DNA of 64,000 nucleotides from contig CAXIEN010000093.1 in assembly GCA_964023285.1 (NCBI GenBank), positions 2,247,739-2,311,738 of the forward strand. Reading direction: 5' to 3'. Below, piece by piece: positions 29,277 through 41,525 of the stretch. The DNA is from Larinioides sclopetarius (Eukaryota). The position numbers and the translations under genes are program-made. Within the stretch, counting starts at the first letter, position 1; every line of letters starts with the position of its first letter. The notes below the pieces were generated by a model. It made no database searches and was not told the DNA's origin. It saw only the letters and a program-made list of their open reading frames with translations.

Positions 29277-30055
29277 AGAAGAGTTGTTTATTAATCAAAC
29301 AATCACAATGAGTTATAGAAGTCTTACTCTGATTATCTCCGACATATAAATCATTTTATTCAAACATCCCAAGACTTCTAGTTTCATCGTAAATTGAGTA
29401 TATTGAACAGTTAAGTTCTTTACATGCCATGATTGCGTAAAAACAAAGATTCTCAAATATAAAAAAATTAAGATTATGAAAATTCTGAACGAGAGCACAA
29501 TCCTTCATGCTGCTTATATATATTCTAAGGAAAATAGAAGAGTTGTTTATTAATCAAACAATCACAATGAGTTATAGAAGTCTTACTCTGATTATCTCCG
29601 ACATATAAATCATTTTATTCAAACATCCCAAGACTTCTAGTTTCATCGTAAATTGAGTATATTGAACAGTTAAGTTCTTTACATGCCATGATTGCGTAAA
29701 AACAAAGATTCTCAAATATAAAAAATTAAGATTATGAAAATTCTGCACGAGAGCACAATCCTTCATGCTGCTTATATATATTCTAAGGAAAATAGAAGAG
29801 TTGTTTATTAAGCAACCAATCACAAAGAGTTAAAGAGTTATAGTTACAGAAATGTTACTCTAATTAACCTCTCACACATAATTCATTTTATTTAAACATC
29901 TCAAGACCTCTACGTATCATTGTAAGTTGAGTATATTAAATAGTTAAGCTCTTTACATGATCGCGTAAAAACAAAGATTCTCAAATACAAAAAAATGGAG
30001 ATTATGAAAATTCTGTACGAGAGCACAATCCTTCATGCTGCACGTATATATTCTT
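29277..30055. repeat. Tandem triplication of a roughly 259 bp unit that derives from the 3' end of the agrin FS exon plus its flanking intron; unit starts at about 29277, 29536 and 29794
   Basis: Units 1 and 2 are near-identical. Unit 3 (29794-30055) is more diverged and contains the real end of the exon. On the minus strand each unit reads '...(Y)(V/I)(Q/S)(H/S)(E/M)(G/K)(L/D)C(S/A)...' followed by GTACAG / GTTCAG / GTGCAG. ORFs 29313..29498(-) and 29572..29823(-) are translations of these pseudo-exon ends. Confidence 0.8.
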
Positions 30056-30234
30056 CTTTTTACGACATGAATCGACTCGCATCTGGCATTCGGTGTTGTA
30101 ATTCAAGCCGTCGCTTCCACATACAGGGTTGTAATGTTCTTTACAATTTGTTGGACATCGACACACGGCTCGACGGCTTTCTTCAAAGCAATCGCCATTA
30201 AATTTGCAGTGTTTCTTCTCACAAGGTTCTGAAA
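30019..30234 (-). CDS. AGRN-like: Agrin-like exon encoding one follistatin-like plus Kazal (FS) domain: (E)PCEKKHCKFNGDCFEESRRAVCRCPTNCKEHYNPVCGSDGLNYNTECQMRVDSCRKKKNIYVQHEGLCS
   Basis: Ten cysteines fit the FS-domain pattern, C-x4-C-x5-C-x8-C-x-C followed by Kazal C-x7-C(GSDG..Y.NEC)-x6-C-x13-C, and the core motif PVCGSDG is present. Minus-strand acceptor (t)8cag|AA enters in phase 1, compatible with the phase-1 donor of the NtA exon at 60801. A probable donor C|GTACAG lies near 30019. Boundaries are good to about ±3 nt. Confidence 0.8.
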
Positions 30235-31779
30235 AAAAACACAAAGAAACGGCATTAATATCAATGCGGTGCACGAAAATTGACACCAATACAATTTAAA
30301 CAAACTAATTGACCTCTTGAATACGAATGTGACACCCATTTTGCCCCATCACGCACCGTTTTCTCAGGAAACCCCCAACAAATTTTTATCACTGCTCGGT
30401 AATTTTATAGGCATGATTTTGATTCGAAAGAAGAGAAAGGATTATTTTAAATTTTAGTGATTTTTTTTAATTTAAGAGGCAAATCCCTCTAAATCTCCCT
30501 CTTGCTATAAATGTTCATGCTTTAGAACTTTTCACCTCTGCAGCCTGGCAGAAGACATATTATGGTTAAAATAATTATCCCCTTAACCTCTCTAAATCAA
30601 ATTTATTGTCCTAAAATTACCAAACAGTGGTAAAAATAGGGATGGAACGATAAAACGGTGGGTGATTAGAAAAAAGGGAGTCATTTTTGGATTTAGGAAG
30701 TAATTTTACATAAGAATCAGCAGAAATGATACATGGTTCGAAATTTTCTTTTCTTTTGTAGCGCATTGTATTTAAACAGGACAAAATGAAATAGATTTCT
30801 TCAGGACAAAGTTCGAAGAATATCGGATTTTAAATTATTTTGCGTTTTTTCCTCAAATGATATTTTTATTTAACTAGGGAAATAAATTTAATTCATAAAA
30901 ATAAATTTAATTCATGAAATTCCAAATTGCAGTCAGATAAGCGAGATATTAATCAATACTATGATCAAATTGAATAAATTTTAAAAGAAAATATAAAGGT
31001 TTAAAAAGGTGAGATGAAAATATCAGATTTGGCTTGACACAAGCGCGATGTCTAAAGAAAAAACTTAACAGAATTTCTCTAATCTTCTGATAAGATTTTG
31101 CTAATATAAGTAGATTTTTTAGAAAACTAAAATCGTCAACTCGATTATTTCTTGCATTGTTTTCCACAAAGTTGAATTAATTTGGTCTAAATTGTCAAAT
31201 GTGAACATAAATTCCATGGACTAATGCAATTCACTAAATTTCCATATACTCCTTATTTGCCTAAAGGGACGATAGATACGATGATGATCTGAGTCTTAAA
31301 TTTATTTTAGATATTCCTTTTAGTCAAAATAGTTTAGAAAAATGTTTACATCGAAGGAATCACTTTACTTTCAGTGCATTTTGGAAAATCTTTGCTTTTG
31401 AAAAACATGACGAATATAGATAGCAGAGTTTTGAAGACATGTTTTACGAAACTGCATAAATATTTTCTTAAGAAAGGGCAGAAAGTACCAAGATCCCCAA
31501 TCTTAAATTTCACGAGATGCATTTCATATTATAGTGCTATGTTACTAAAAGGAAAATTTTGTTCTCAAAATGCATGGTTAAAATCAAAACGGCTTGATGA
31601 TATGACTCTTTGAAACAAAACGCCATAGAAACATTTGAGCGTGCAGATGTGTGCATGTGCATTTGAGGGATTATTAAATACTTTTATTTAACTTGACTTG
31701 TCTCACTTTTGAAATTCATATAGAAATTACCCCGACCTAGCCGAAGCTGACCGAAATATCTCAGTGATATATAGTTGGA

Positions 31780-32135
31780 GTGCTGAGGCCTGATCCTAAT
31801 GGCCATGATCCAATCCCTCCCGTAGACTTGCACTATCACCCGCAGAGTGCAAGCCCAAAACCATTATTGTATCCTCCCGGAAAGTGGGACCCCACGTACT
31901 TGTTCGGCGGCTTCTCATTTACATATAAACTACTCATATACATCACGTTTGCAAAGATGGAATTTTATAATCGATTTTTCACTCACTTCCCTTACGTGCT
32001 AGAGTTTTGGAAATCTTTGCACGCTTGCATATTCTCAGAGACAATGCACTATTTTAATATGTCCCGAGCAGTGGCGGTTGATGCAAAATCACCAGAGGCC
32101 TGCTACAGCGTAAAGTTCTACATGGCATACTGATG
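31780..32135. repeat. Fragment of a dispersed repeat family; the ORF 31780..32133 is probably TE-derived and non-functional
   Basis: Its 5' part, 'tgaggcctgatcctaatggccatgatccaatccctcccg', resembles 28340-28395 ('...cagccacggcccaatccctcccgaagg'). Its 3' part, 'agatggaattttataatcgatttttcactcacttcccttacgtgctagagtt', resembles 902-960 ('agatggaattttgtaatcgacgtttaatttacttcttgatgtgctagagtt'). Confidence 0.45.
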
Positions 32136-32469
32136 ATTTCTGCATACCTTTATATATAATTTAGGAACTAATTTTCAATAACTTAAAACATCTACCAAAT
32201 GAAATAATTATCCATAATATTTTTTTACTTCAAATTATTAAAATGGAGAAATTTTATATATATAATTCAGAAATTATTGATTTTTAAATAACAATAAAAA
32301 AATTTTTTTAATGATTTTCACAGTTATATTTTTGCTACGTCTAGTATTTTCTTACATTTCATTCAGAGCAGCTAAAACAGGCTCTAGAACAGTTAACTCT
32401 ATATATAAAACTCAGCGTTTGTGTATGTATAAAAATATGATTGTTCTAGCATAAATTCCGAACAGCTCA

Positions 32470-33720
32470 ACAAATTAAGATGAAACTTGGCACACTGGTT
32501 CCTTATAACTCATCTTGAGGTATAGGGTATGTGGATAAGGGTAGGGGTAACAAATTGATTAAATGCCAAATTTGGCGATTTTTGTAAAATTTTGTACACG
32601 TAAATTTAAAGTACTGTAGGTGTAAATAAGCTCAAACCCAGGCCCTAAGGGCAGGTTGGTCCAAAAAACCCCGAATACATGTGACAAAGAGGTCGGTCGA
32701 CATAGTTCGCAATTTTGATGGAATTTGACATACAGAATCCTTATTAGAAGACATGTATGAGTAAATAGGCCTTATCAAAATCCCTCCAGGCTGGGTGGGT
32801 CGACTCCCCACAAAAAAACATATAAAAATAGGTCAGTTAGTATTCTTCACGGTTTTGATGAAAGTCGGTAACAGAATTCTCATTAGCTGACATGCATTAA
32901 TAAAAAGACCTTAACAAAATCCTCCAGGGCAGGGTTGGTCTAATTACTCAATTACAAGTAAAAAGTAGGCTGGTTGGCTACTTTACAATTTTAATGAAAT
33001 TCAGTACACAAAATCTTCATTAGCCGACTTCTGTAAGAAAATAGGCCTTAATCAAATCCTTTAGGGCAGGGTTGGACTACCCTCCCTAATACATGTAAAA
33101 AATAGGCCAATTGACATTCTTTGATTTGAATGAAATTCGGTGCACAGAATCTTTATTAGTCGGCTTGTATGAGAGCAAACAGGCCTTAATAAAATCCCTC
33201 AAGGAAAAATCGGCCTAATTCCTAAATACATGCAACAAAAAGGCCGATTCGTATGTTTCGTGATTCTTATGAAACTTGGTGCATAGAGTCTTCATTAGCC
33301 GACTTATATGAGAAAACAGACCTTAATAAAATCCCTCAATTAAAGGTGCGCCTAATCCCCAAATACATGCAGCAAACAGGCCGGTTTGCAAGTTCCATGA
33401 TTCTGATGAAATTCGGTACACAGAATCCTCATTAGCCGATATTTGTAACTCAATAGGCCTAAACAAAATCCCTTAGGGCAGCGTTGTCTTAATTCCCCAA
33501 ATACATGTAAAAAATAGGAATGCTGACATTCTTCGAGATTTTAATGAAATTTGGTACTCAAAATCTTCATTAGCTCTAACTTGTATAAATAAATAAACCT
33601 TAAAAACCCATCAAGAGAGGTGCCCTAATCCCTCAAATACATGTGACAAATAGACCGGTTGGCATGCGTCGCGATTTTGAAGAAATTCGGTACGCAGATT
33701 CCTCATTATGCACATTTAAA
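32470..33720. repeat. Intronic satellite array, unit about 137 bp, 8-9 diverged units
   Basis: Each unit carries 'aatccct(c)(c/t)agg(c)(a/t)ggg(t)tgg(t/g)c...atacatgt(g/a)a(c)aaa(a)ataggcc(g/a)(g/a)t...(c)ttc...gattttgatgaaat(t)cggta(c)a(c)agaatc(c)t(c)attagc(c)gac'. Unit starts were read at about 32644, 32781, 32909, 33054, 33192, 33329, 33466 and 33600. Confidence 0.8.
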
Positions 33721-36700
33721 ATATAAAGGCATTTGCACGAATACCACAAGTAGCATCAATACCACAAATAGGTTGAAGCAAAAGCACAATACGATTGATC
33801 CGAAACTTGATCCTGCTGGAATGGCTTTGTTAAAACTTTGTATGAATATTCATTTATAACCAACATAAAGTAATGTGAGGGGGAGTAAGTATACTATAAG
33901 GCATCCTTCAAGGTAAGTTTGGGGCAACGTCTCTTAAAAACAAATAAAACACAAATTGATTGAAATGAAGCCTAATTTGCAGGTTACAGCATATCGAACT
34001 GAAAAAAGGAGAAGTTAAATCTCTTTTAATCAGTTCTTTAGATGATAACTATCGATAGGATAAGGTGAAATGTTTATTTAGAACAGCTGTTGCAATTTTG
34101 GTTAAACATCTCCATTAATTAATTTAGGCATGTTAATTCCAACTTTGCTCATCAACAATAAGGATAGAAATGGTTTCTAAGAGGCGTTCTTCTGGGCTGA
34201 GTGGAAGTCAGCTATGGAAATATATCGAGCCAATGACTAATTAGCATGAAAGTCTTATTAATAGGGTTCCTAAAAAAAGTGTTTCCCCCAAACTGATGAA
34301 TAATGCAAGGGGAATTTGTAATATTGCCTACTATGATATATTTAAAAGGAATTATATTCTTGTACTATTTATTTATGGATATTTTTATAAAAATATTGAT
34401 TCTCGCAATAAATTTTTTTTTATAAATAGTTAGTTACTAACAATAATTCAGAAATCGGTCTTACACTCATTTTTAACTTTAAAAAAATCGTGCAATGCCG
34501 GGTATTCTGCTAGTATATTTGATATTCTTTAAAAAATTGTGTTTCTTTCAGTTTCCTCCTTAGGTAGAGCTTCTTTATGATCAAAAATATATTTTACAGA
34601 AGAATATCTGGGTTGCTTAAATTTTGAAAATCCGTTCTTTTCAGACATAATTGCTTTTAGAAGTAAAATTTATTGGAAAAAAACACTGAATGCAAAAAGA
34701 AAAAAAAATTAACTCAAATTTATGTTTGATTTTTCAAAACTACCTTTTAATTGATTGTTCTTTCTTTTCCTTTATAATTAATTATCAAAATTATTTATTT
34801 TCTAATTACAAACCGGTGAAAAAAACGACCTTTAATGATAGTCATTAAAACTATTCCCAACTCTTATTCCATATCTTTTGAAACAACATTTCCTATAGTT
34901 TTCTAATTTAAATACTTTAATGAGAAAAAAAATCACATTACAATTGCGCATGCTCGTTTATCAGCAGACGTTATAAGAGGATTTTATAGTTCCCGAGCTT
35001 GGGGAATCTATCTGAGAAGATAACGGGTAGGGAAAATTTCTCTGAAGTAAACTTGGAAGAAAATCTAGCTTTTCGGCCTAGCTAAAAACTTCATATGTGA
35101 GTTTTAATGATGTATTTGATTATTCCAAGCAAAACTAAATGAATAAGTGATTAAATTTATACACTAAAAATTGTTGGGGGGGGTACAGATACACAGCTCT
35201 CGGTTCAGAGCATAAAAACATTTTGGTCTCATGTCAACGGCAACATCTGGAAGTAAATTTGAGAAAATTTTGATATCAATCTTTCATAGTATTTATAATT
35301 AAGAATTATAAAATAAAGGCAAAGAACTAACAAATAAGTAAATTAAAATGCATCTACCATTTAGTTTACCGATAAAAACGTCTTAAACGAAATGTTATCT
35401 AATTTATTCTTGTTAAAATTGAAACATCCCGATCTAATCTAATTCAGTGTGAAATTATCTGATCATTTTAAACATTTGCACCAAAACCATAGTGAAGTCC
35501 TGAAAGTTAATGTTAATGGATACAAAATCTCACGAAAACATATTAACCCCTCCAAAATTGATAAATTTTCAAAAAGTTATCGTTGATTCCTGTCTTTCAT
35601 ACGAAAGATGTTAAGCTCACCTACATTAATGTCTCCTTTTGAAGCTACCCGAGAGTTATATTAAGATGAATCTCGTAACCTTGAACTATGACGCGGATGG
35701 TATCTGAGTCAGTACTCTTCACACTGAGCCACACAAAACTGAGAACGTCTGACTCCCAGTCACAAATTTAATGAACACCAGCCTGACCATACAAGATGAA
35801 TCTTTTATAGAATACACACCTCGATCACACAAATTCAAGCTGTTGCCTACGGGAAAACCGGCAACTTTTGCTTTTAATTTATATATTACATAGTACTTCA
35901 TGGAACTACAGAAGGTTTTCACATCTTCAGTTTCAGTATAAGTTGAAAGATTGGTTAATTTCACCAGTGTTATATATCAAAATATCTTGTGTCAAGTTTG
36001 CCAAAACATTTTGCTTATGCAAAGACCTTGCATAGGTTACTTACATTTGCTTTAAAATTGTCGTATGCTGTCACAAAATGCTGTAGGTCGCTATTGATTT
36101 CAGCTGCTGTTTCAAAATGTCGTATGTTTAGCTATACATGGTTTTTGACATACGACATTGTGATACAACAGAAAGGGGACGTGAAGTATAAGCCGATACA
36201 TATTATATACTAAATAAAAAAATAAGTGAGGTTTTAAAATAGTTCAGATGCATTGTGCGGCTGTATAACACGCAATGGACAAGTCGCATCTGTGCAAGTG
36301 ATTCTATTATAAACTATGTTTATAATACCAATATTAAAATAACTACAAAGTAAAATTAAATTCGGAGGAAAAAATAACTCCGTTTTCTAAATTTTTTTTA
36401 AGGCAAAACTTGAAAATAATCGTTAGAAATTTCTTCTTTAAACTGTTTATGTGTAATTAGTAAGGAGTTTTTATCTATAGTAAAATCTCAAAAAGTAAAA
36501 ATTATTTTATAATTCCTTTTATAACCTCAAAATTGAATCAAAGAAAATTTCAATGGGTCGACATTTGGACTTCAAAATCTGGTTAACTGGTGGTATATAC
36601 TTGCTAAAAATTGTGTATAGGAGTTTTAGAATACATATTGGCTTTATAATTAAAGCACAAAATAAACAATGCTATGCTTTTGGTTCAGCCAAGGTAGCGA

Positions 36701-37665
36701 AAAAATGTAGCTGTTCTCAAATGTGGACGCTGGGCGTTATGGGTTAAATTCATTCATAAAAGTGAAATTTCTGCAAATAAACCCTAGGTGAACAGTTTCT
36801 ACAAACGAATAATTAATATCTAAGTTTGAATTACTTTAAAAAGTAAATAAAAACTGATAGATTATAATATATTTAATTTCAATGTTTAATTATAAAATTA
36901 ATCATACACTGTGCAATATAAAGAATACTGATAAAGTAATAAAAAGCTAACTTTGAAATTTGATTTGTATTAAATTTAACTAATTTAAAAGCTGAGATTG
37001 TTTCATTAAATTTCCTTAGAAAAAACTGCCTGCATATTTCCTTATATAAAACTGTAGCAAAAAAATGATTTTAATAATACAATCATTAAATTATTCAGCA
37101 TTAATTTAAAAGAGGAAAAACTTTAAATAATGCAACATGCACATTCCCCTGTAGTTTAAGAATGACAAATAGGATCCTAAAGAATTAGGGAAAATATCAA
37201 ATTTTTCGCAAGGATTTTCTCGTGTATTTTACTAAATAATTCCAGGAAATCTCTCCATTGGAACGAAATATATTTTCTATCCTTTTCCTAAGTTTCTGAA
37301 ACTACTTGCCATTTCGCCAGACTAAATATTTTGAAAAAATCATTCATTTTTTGTCGAGCTATTTCCCTACGCAATTCGTAATAAGAATGAAAGAGCATTC
37401 GCTTGTTTTTAACACGTTTAAGTGCCCTTCGTGGCCTCAGGGGACCTACATTCAACTTTTAGTTTAGTGGTTCAAGAAAAATGCTCTCCTGTGGACTGAT
37501 ATGAGTGTATTGTTTAAGGAAAATGTAATAATATATTATTTCCAAGCAAAGGCCATTGACTCCAGAAAGAATTTTGTCCGTCTTCAATTTTTGGCGACTA
37601 GTTACTTTAAATAAACAGTATTCAAGATAGTGTAAAATAGCTTAGATTATTGCTGTTATTTCTTC

Positions 37666-38490
37666 TCCAAGAATTTTAACGAAAAATTTGGATTTGAGAT
37701 TCTAATTCAGCTGGATCCAAAAATGATAACAGCACAGATGTTGAAATGAAAGGATGATGAATCATAAATATATATTCGAATTAAAAATTAATTTCAACAT
37801 TCAAGTCAAAAATACATTGTAAAACTTATCGTATCTTTTAGTTTAGATTTTTAGAAATCATAGCGGAAATAGTATTATTATTGAAATCTTAACACCACTC
37901 ATCCATCTTTAGAGTTCGCCGTCGGTATGGCGTGGAAGAAAATTCTCCAAGAATTTTAACGAAAAATTTGGATTTGACATTCTAATTCAGCTGGATCCAA
38001 AAATGATAACAGCACAGATGTTGAAATGAAAGGATGATGAATCATAAATATATATTCGAATTAAAAATTAATTTCAACATTCAAGTCAAAAATACATTGT
38101 AAAACTTATCGTATCTTTTAGTTTAGATTTTTAGAAATCATAGCGGAAATAGTATTATTATTGAAATCTTAACACCACTCATCCATCTTTAGAGTTCGCC
38201 GTCGGTATGGCGTGGAAGAAAATTCTCCAAGAATTTTAACGAAAAATTTGGATTTGACATTCTAATTCAGCTGGATCCAAAAATGATAACAGCACAGATG
38301 TTGAAATGAAAGGATGATGAATCATAAATATATATTCGAATTAAAAATTAATTTCAACATTCAAGTCAAAAATACATTGTAAAACTTATCGTATCTTTTA
38401 GTTTAGATTTTTAGAAATCATAGCTGAAATAGTATTATTATTGAAATCTTAACACCACTCATCCATCTTTAGAGTTCGCCGTCGGTATGG
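37666..38490. repeat. Tandem array of about 270 bp, three near-identical units
   Basis: 'ttctccaagaattttaacgaaaaatttggatttga(g/c)attctaattcagctggatccaaaaatgataacagcacagatgttgaaatgaaagg...gagttcgccgtcggtatggcgtggaag' is repeated at 37666, 37936 and 38222, with more than 97% identity between units. Confidence 0.9.
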
Positions 38491-38494
38491 CGTG

Positions 38495-38645
38495 GAAGTT
38501 TAGAGAAGAGGGTGCCGACTTAGGTGTCGTCCTTGTCATCTGACCACTGTTTAAAATTACGAGTCCGTCCCTAAATAGCCCTCGTGTTTCTTCTAAAGGG
38601 ACGTTAATATAACCTAACCTGACTTTAAGTCCGCATGTCTTCTAT
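38495..38645 (+). mobile_element. SINE-like short interspersed element, about 150 bp (family 3), copy 1, abutting the 270-bp tandem array
   Basis: Shares 'ggaag(t)ttaRagaag...gg(t)g(t/c)cgtc...tcatYtga...aaaattacNagtc...aaatagcc.tc.tgtt.cttctaaa.gggac.ttaatataac.taa' with copies at 40690 and 53075. Confidence 0.55.
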
Positions 38646-38719
38646 CCGGTTCCCTGTATACCTTCTCATCCATTTATGATTTATGCTATTAATGACCATC
38701 CACACACATTGATGCTCAC

Positions 38720-39452
38720 AAAAAATAAATACACAAAAATCTCTATTAATAACAAATATTAATAAATAAACTACAGGATTTTATCCCTTTTTTAATTGAT
38801 TAATTTTTCAGTGAAATCTCTAAAGAAAGTCCTCAAGATAGTAAATGCATTAGGAAATAATCCATAAACAATATTGATTGTTATGTTTTAATTTTTTATC
38901 AGCATGTTTTACACCAATCAGCAAGCTGCTGGACATAAAATCTGGCTCGCCATTTTATTGTTGTAATCAAATGCATATTTTGCATTCGGAATAAGAAATT
39001 AAATTTGATGCCAAAAACCTGTAAATAGATGTTACATGATAGAAACAATTCCCCACCGGTCTGCTCCAGGTATTACGGATCCTGGCGCGAAAAATAAATA
39101 CATAAAAATCTCTACTAATAATAAATATTAATGAATATAGAACAGGAAATTTTATCTCTTTTTTAATTGATTAATTTTTCTGTGAAATCCCTAAAGAAAG
39201 TCCTCAAGATAGTAAATGCATTAGGAAATAATCCATAAACAATATTGATTGTTATGTTTTAATTTTTTATCAGCATGTTTTACACCAATCAGCAAGCTGC
39301 TGGATGGTGATCTGGCTGTTTATTGTTGTAATCAAATGCATATTTTGCATTAGGAATAAGAAATTCAATTTGGTGCCAAAAACCTGCAAATAGATGTTAC
39401 ATGATAGGAACAATTCCCCACCGGTCTGCTCCAGGTATTACGGATCCTGGCG
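38720..39452. repeat. Tandem duplication, unit about 365 bp, two units
   Basis: 'aaaataaatacaYaaaaatctctaNtaataaYaaatattaatRaat...tttacaccaatcagcaagctgctgga...caattccccaccggtctgctccaggtattacggatcctggcg' is repeated from about 38722 and about 39087. Confidence 0.85.
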
Positions 39453-40689
39453 GGAAGCTCGTGGTGGTTTGGGTCTTGAACACGGACAGTTACTTAAATC
39501 CATTAGGAACGTTCTTGTACACCGGCACCAGAACAGGTTCATGGCCATGAAAAGGATGCAGGTTAAATATCTATCGGTATTTGAAGCTTAACAATTACTT
39601 TAAAGGAAACATGAATATCAAAATAATAATACATAAAATTTTCAGTTGAAATCATGTTCTCTGTGAACAAGCTGGTCGCCAAAAACGGCAAGTAAGAAAG
39701 AAAGATAACAACATTAAAAAATTTCCTGGAGCTGAAAACTTGTGACAACCCTAGAAAAATAAAATTTATTTATATAAAAATTGAATTCATATATCTTGCT
39801 ATTTTAAACTTTTATTCTCCGAGAGCTGGCTGGATAAATTTCAATGACTCAAAGGATAAAAACAATAATTTATGACTGGATTAGGAATACAAACTCTGCT
39901 ACAGAAAAAAATATTATTGATTCCTCTGACTCGGAGAATGAAATGAATTTATATTCAAAGAAAGGATCAAAACATTTACTTAGGACTGAAACAGCGTTAC
40001 AAGTTCTACTATTGAAAAATATTCCAAGACTATGTTTCGGATAACAGGATAAACTTATGTTTACAGAATTAATCAAAACATCAATTTATGATGGTATTCG
40101 GAATAAAAATATCACTAAATAATGACTTAATTACGAAATTTCATGTTGTGCTTTTGTCGACAGTAAGTACTACAGAGTATATATTATGCATTTTCATATT
40201 ATGTGTAATAATTATACTTAAATATATTGAATTTTTTGTTTTTGTAGAGATTTTATGATTTGTTAGAATGAAAACAATGTTAAGAAATATGAATTAAATT
40301 TGCAACCAGTTCGACTTACGATCTGGAAGTCGAAACGGAACTCGGTCTTTGTCTAGAATAATCTATAGATATAAATGAATTTCATTATTAGGAAAGGAGG
40401 ATATTTCCATCAAAGTTTAATTCCTCGTTCAAGACAATACTTTAAATTGCATATGATTTCCCCACTCAAAAGAATTCTCTGTTTGTTTGTTTTTTAATTT
40501 AAGACTATTTTGAATTTAAATAAACATATTAAATCTATTAAGGATTTGATTGCTAGGCTGTAAAAATTTTCCGTTTTGATCAAATCGAAAATTTGTAAAA
40601 TACAAACTTTTAAAAACCACAAAAATGGCAGACATTTGTAAGGTTGAGAACTCCCCCAAAGTTGAGGGATCCTCCTGCTAGTGTGGAGA

Positions 40690-40865
40690 GGAAGTTTAAA
40701 GAAGGATTGCCAAATCAGGTGCCGTCAACCTCATTTGACAGATGTTCAAAATTACCAAGTCAATTCCAAAATAGCCGTCTTGTTGCTTCTAAAACGGGAC
40801 ATTAATATAACTAAACTCCGAGTCGATGGAGACGCCGACAGAACTGAGAGGAAGTCGAGTTAGGA
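40690..40865 (+). mobile_element. SINE-like element of about 150 bp, family 3, copy 2
   Basis: 'ggaagtttaaagaagg...caggtgccgtcaacctcatttgacagatgttcaaaattaccaagtcaattccaaaatagccgtcttgttgcttctaaaacgggacattaatataactaaac' is homologous to 38495-38645 and 53075-53225. Confidence 0.5.
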
Positions 40866-41525
40866 ATTTTATCTCTGAATTAGAGTTAATTTTCCTCTTC
40901 GAGCTATATGAAGTTATCATATTTCAGTGAATTGATTTTCATTAAATCAAGTAGAAATGAGTTTTGTTGTGTGTTTATGTCATAATGCTGAAAGTTAGTA
41001 TTTAAGATATTTATTTTTATAAGAATGAAAAGCATGAACACATTACAAACAAACGATTTCTCTCAAAAGGCAAACAATGGATGATAAATTTAACTACTTA
41101 TCGAGATTATATAAAACACTAAATACTCTAAAATAGTGAGCATAGATATTTCTAATTAGCAATATTTCTTAAGTAAAAAATTGTGGGAACTCAGTTTACT
41201 ATAAAAAGAATTTTGTACTACTACTTAAAAGTATTTTTCTTTAATAAAAGATATATTTACCATCATTTATCGGTGGTCTTCTCCGGTAGGGAATACCTAA
41301 AGAAGAAAAAAAAATTGTTATAAACAATCTCTAATGTCAGTTATTTAAAAATATAACTACATCGATTGAACATTCAATAAAAAAATACTTTAGATTCACA
41401 GAAAATAGGCTTATAACTTTATACCTTTTCTTCGCTCGTGTTCTCATTTTCACCGAGAAAATGATTTGCGACACTATTTCCGACGGAAACATTTTCACCG
41501 TAACTATACGAAGTTGGAGAATATA

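Noticed and set aside
29313-29823. Minus-strand ORFs 29313..29498 and 29572..29823 as additional genes or Kazal exons
   Set aside because: They are tandem copies of the FS exon tail plus intron (pseudo-exon ends). They lack the upstream cysteine framework and have no acceptor.
29995-30339. ORFs 29995..30201 (+) and 30103..30339 (-)
   Set aside because: These are alternative frames overlapping the genuine FS exon. Only the frame giving the 10-Cys FS/Kazal pattern is meaningful.
31780-32133. 117-aa ORF as a host gene
   Set aside because: Both halves match other dispersed fragments in the window (28340-28395 and 902-960). It has no splice signals and is most likely TE-derived.
35640-35830. Possible SINE/tRNA-derived element ('...gacgcggatggtatctgagtcagtactcttcacactgagccacac...')
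   Set aside because: There are no A/B boxes, no second copy in the window and no clear termini, so the evidence is insufficient.
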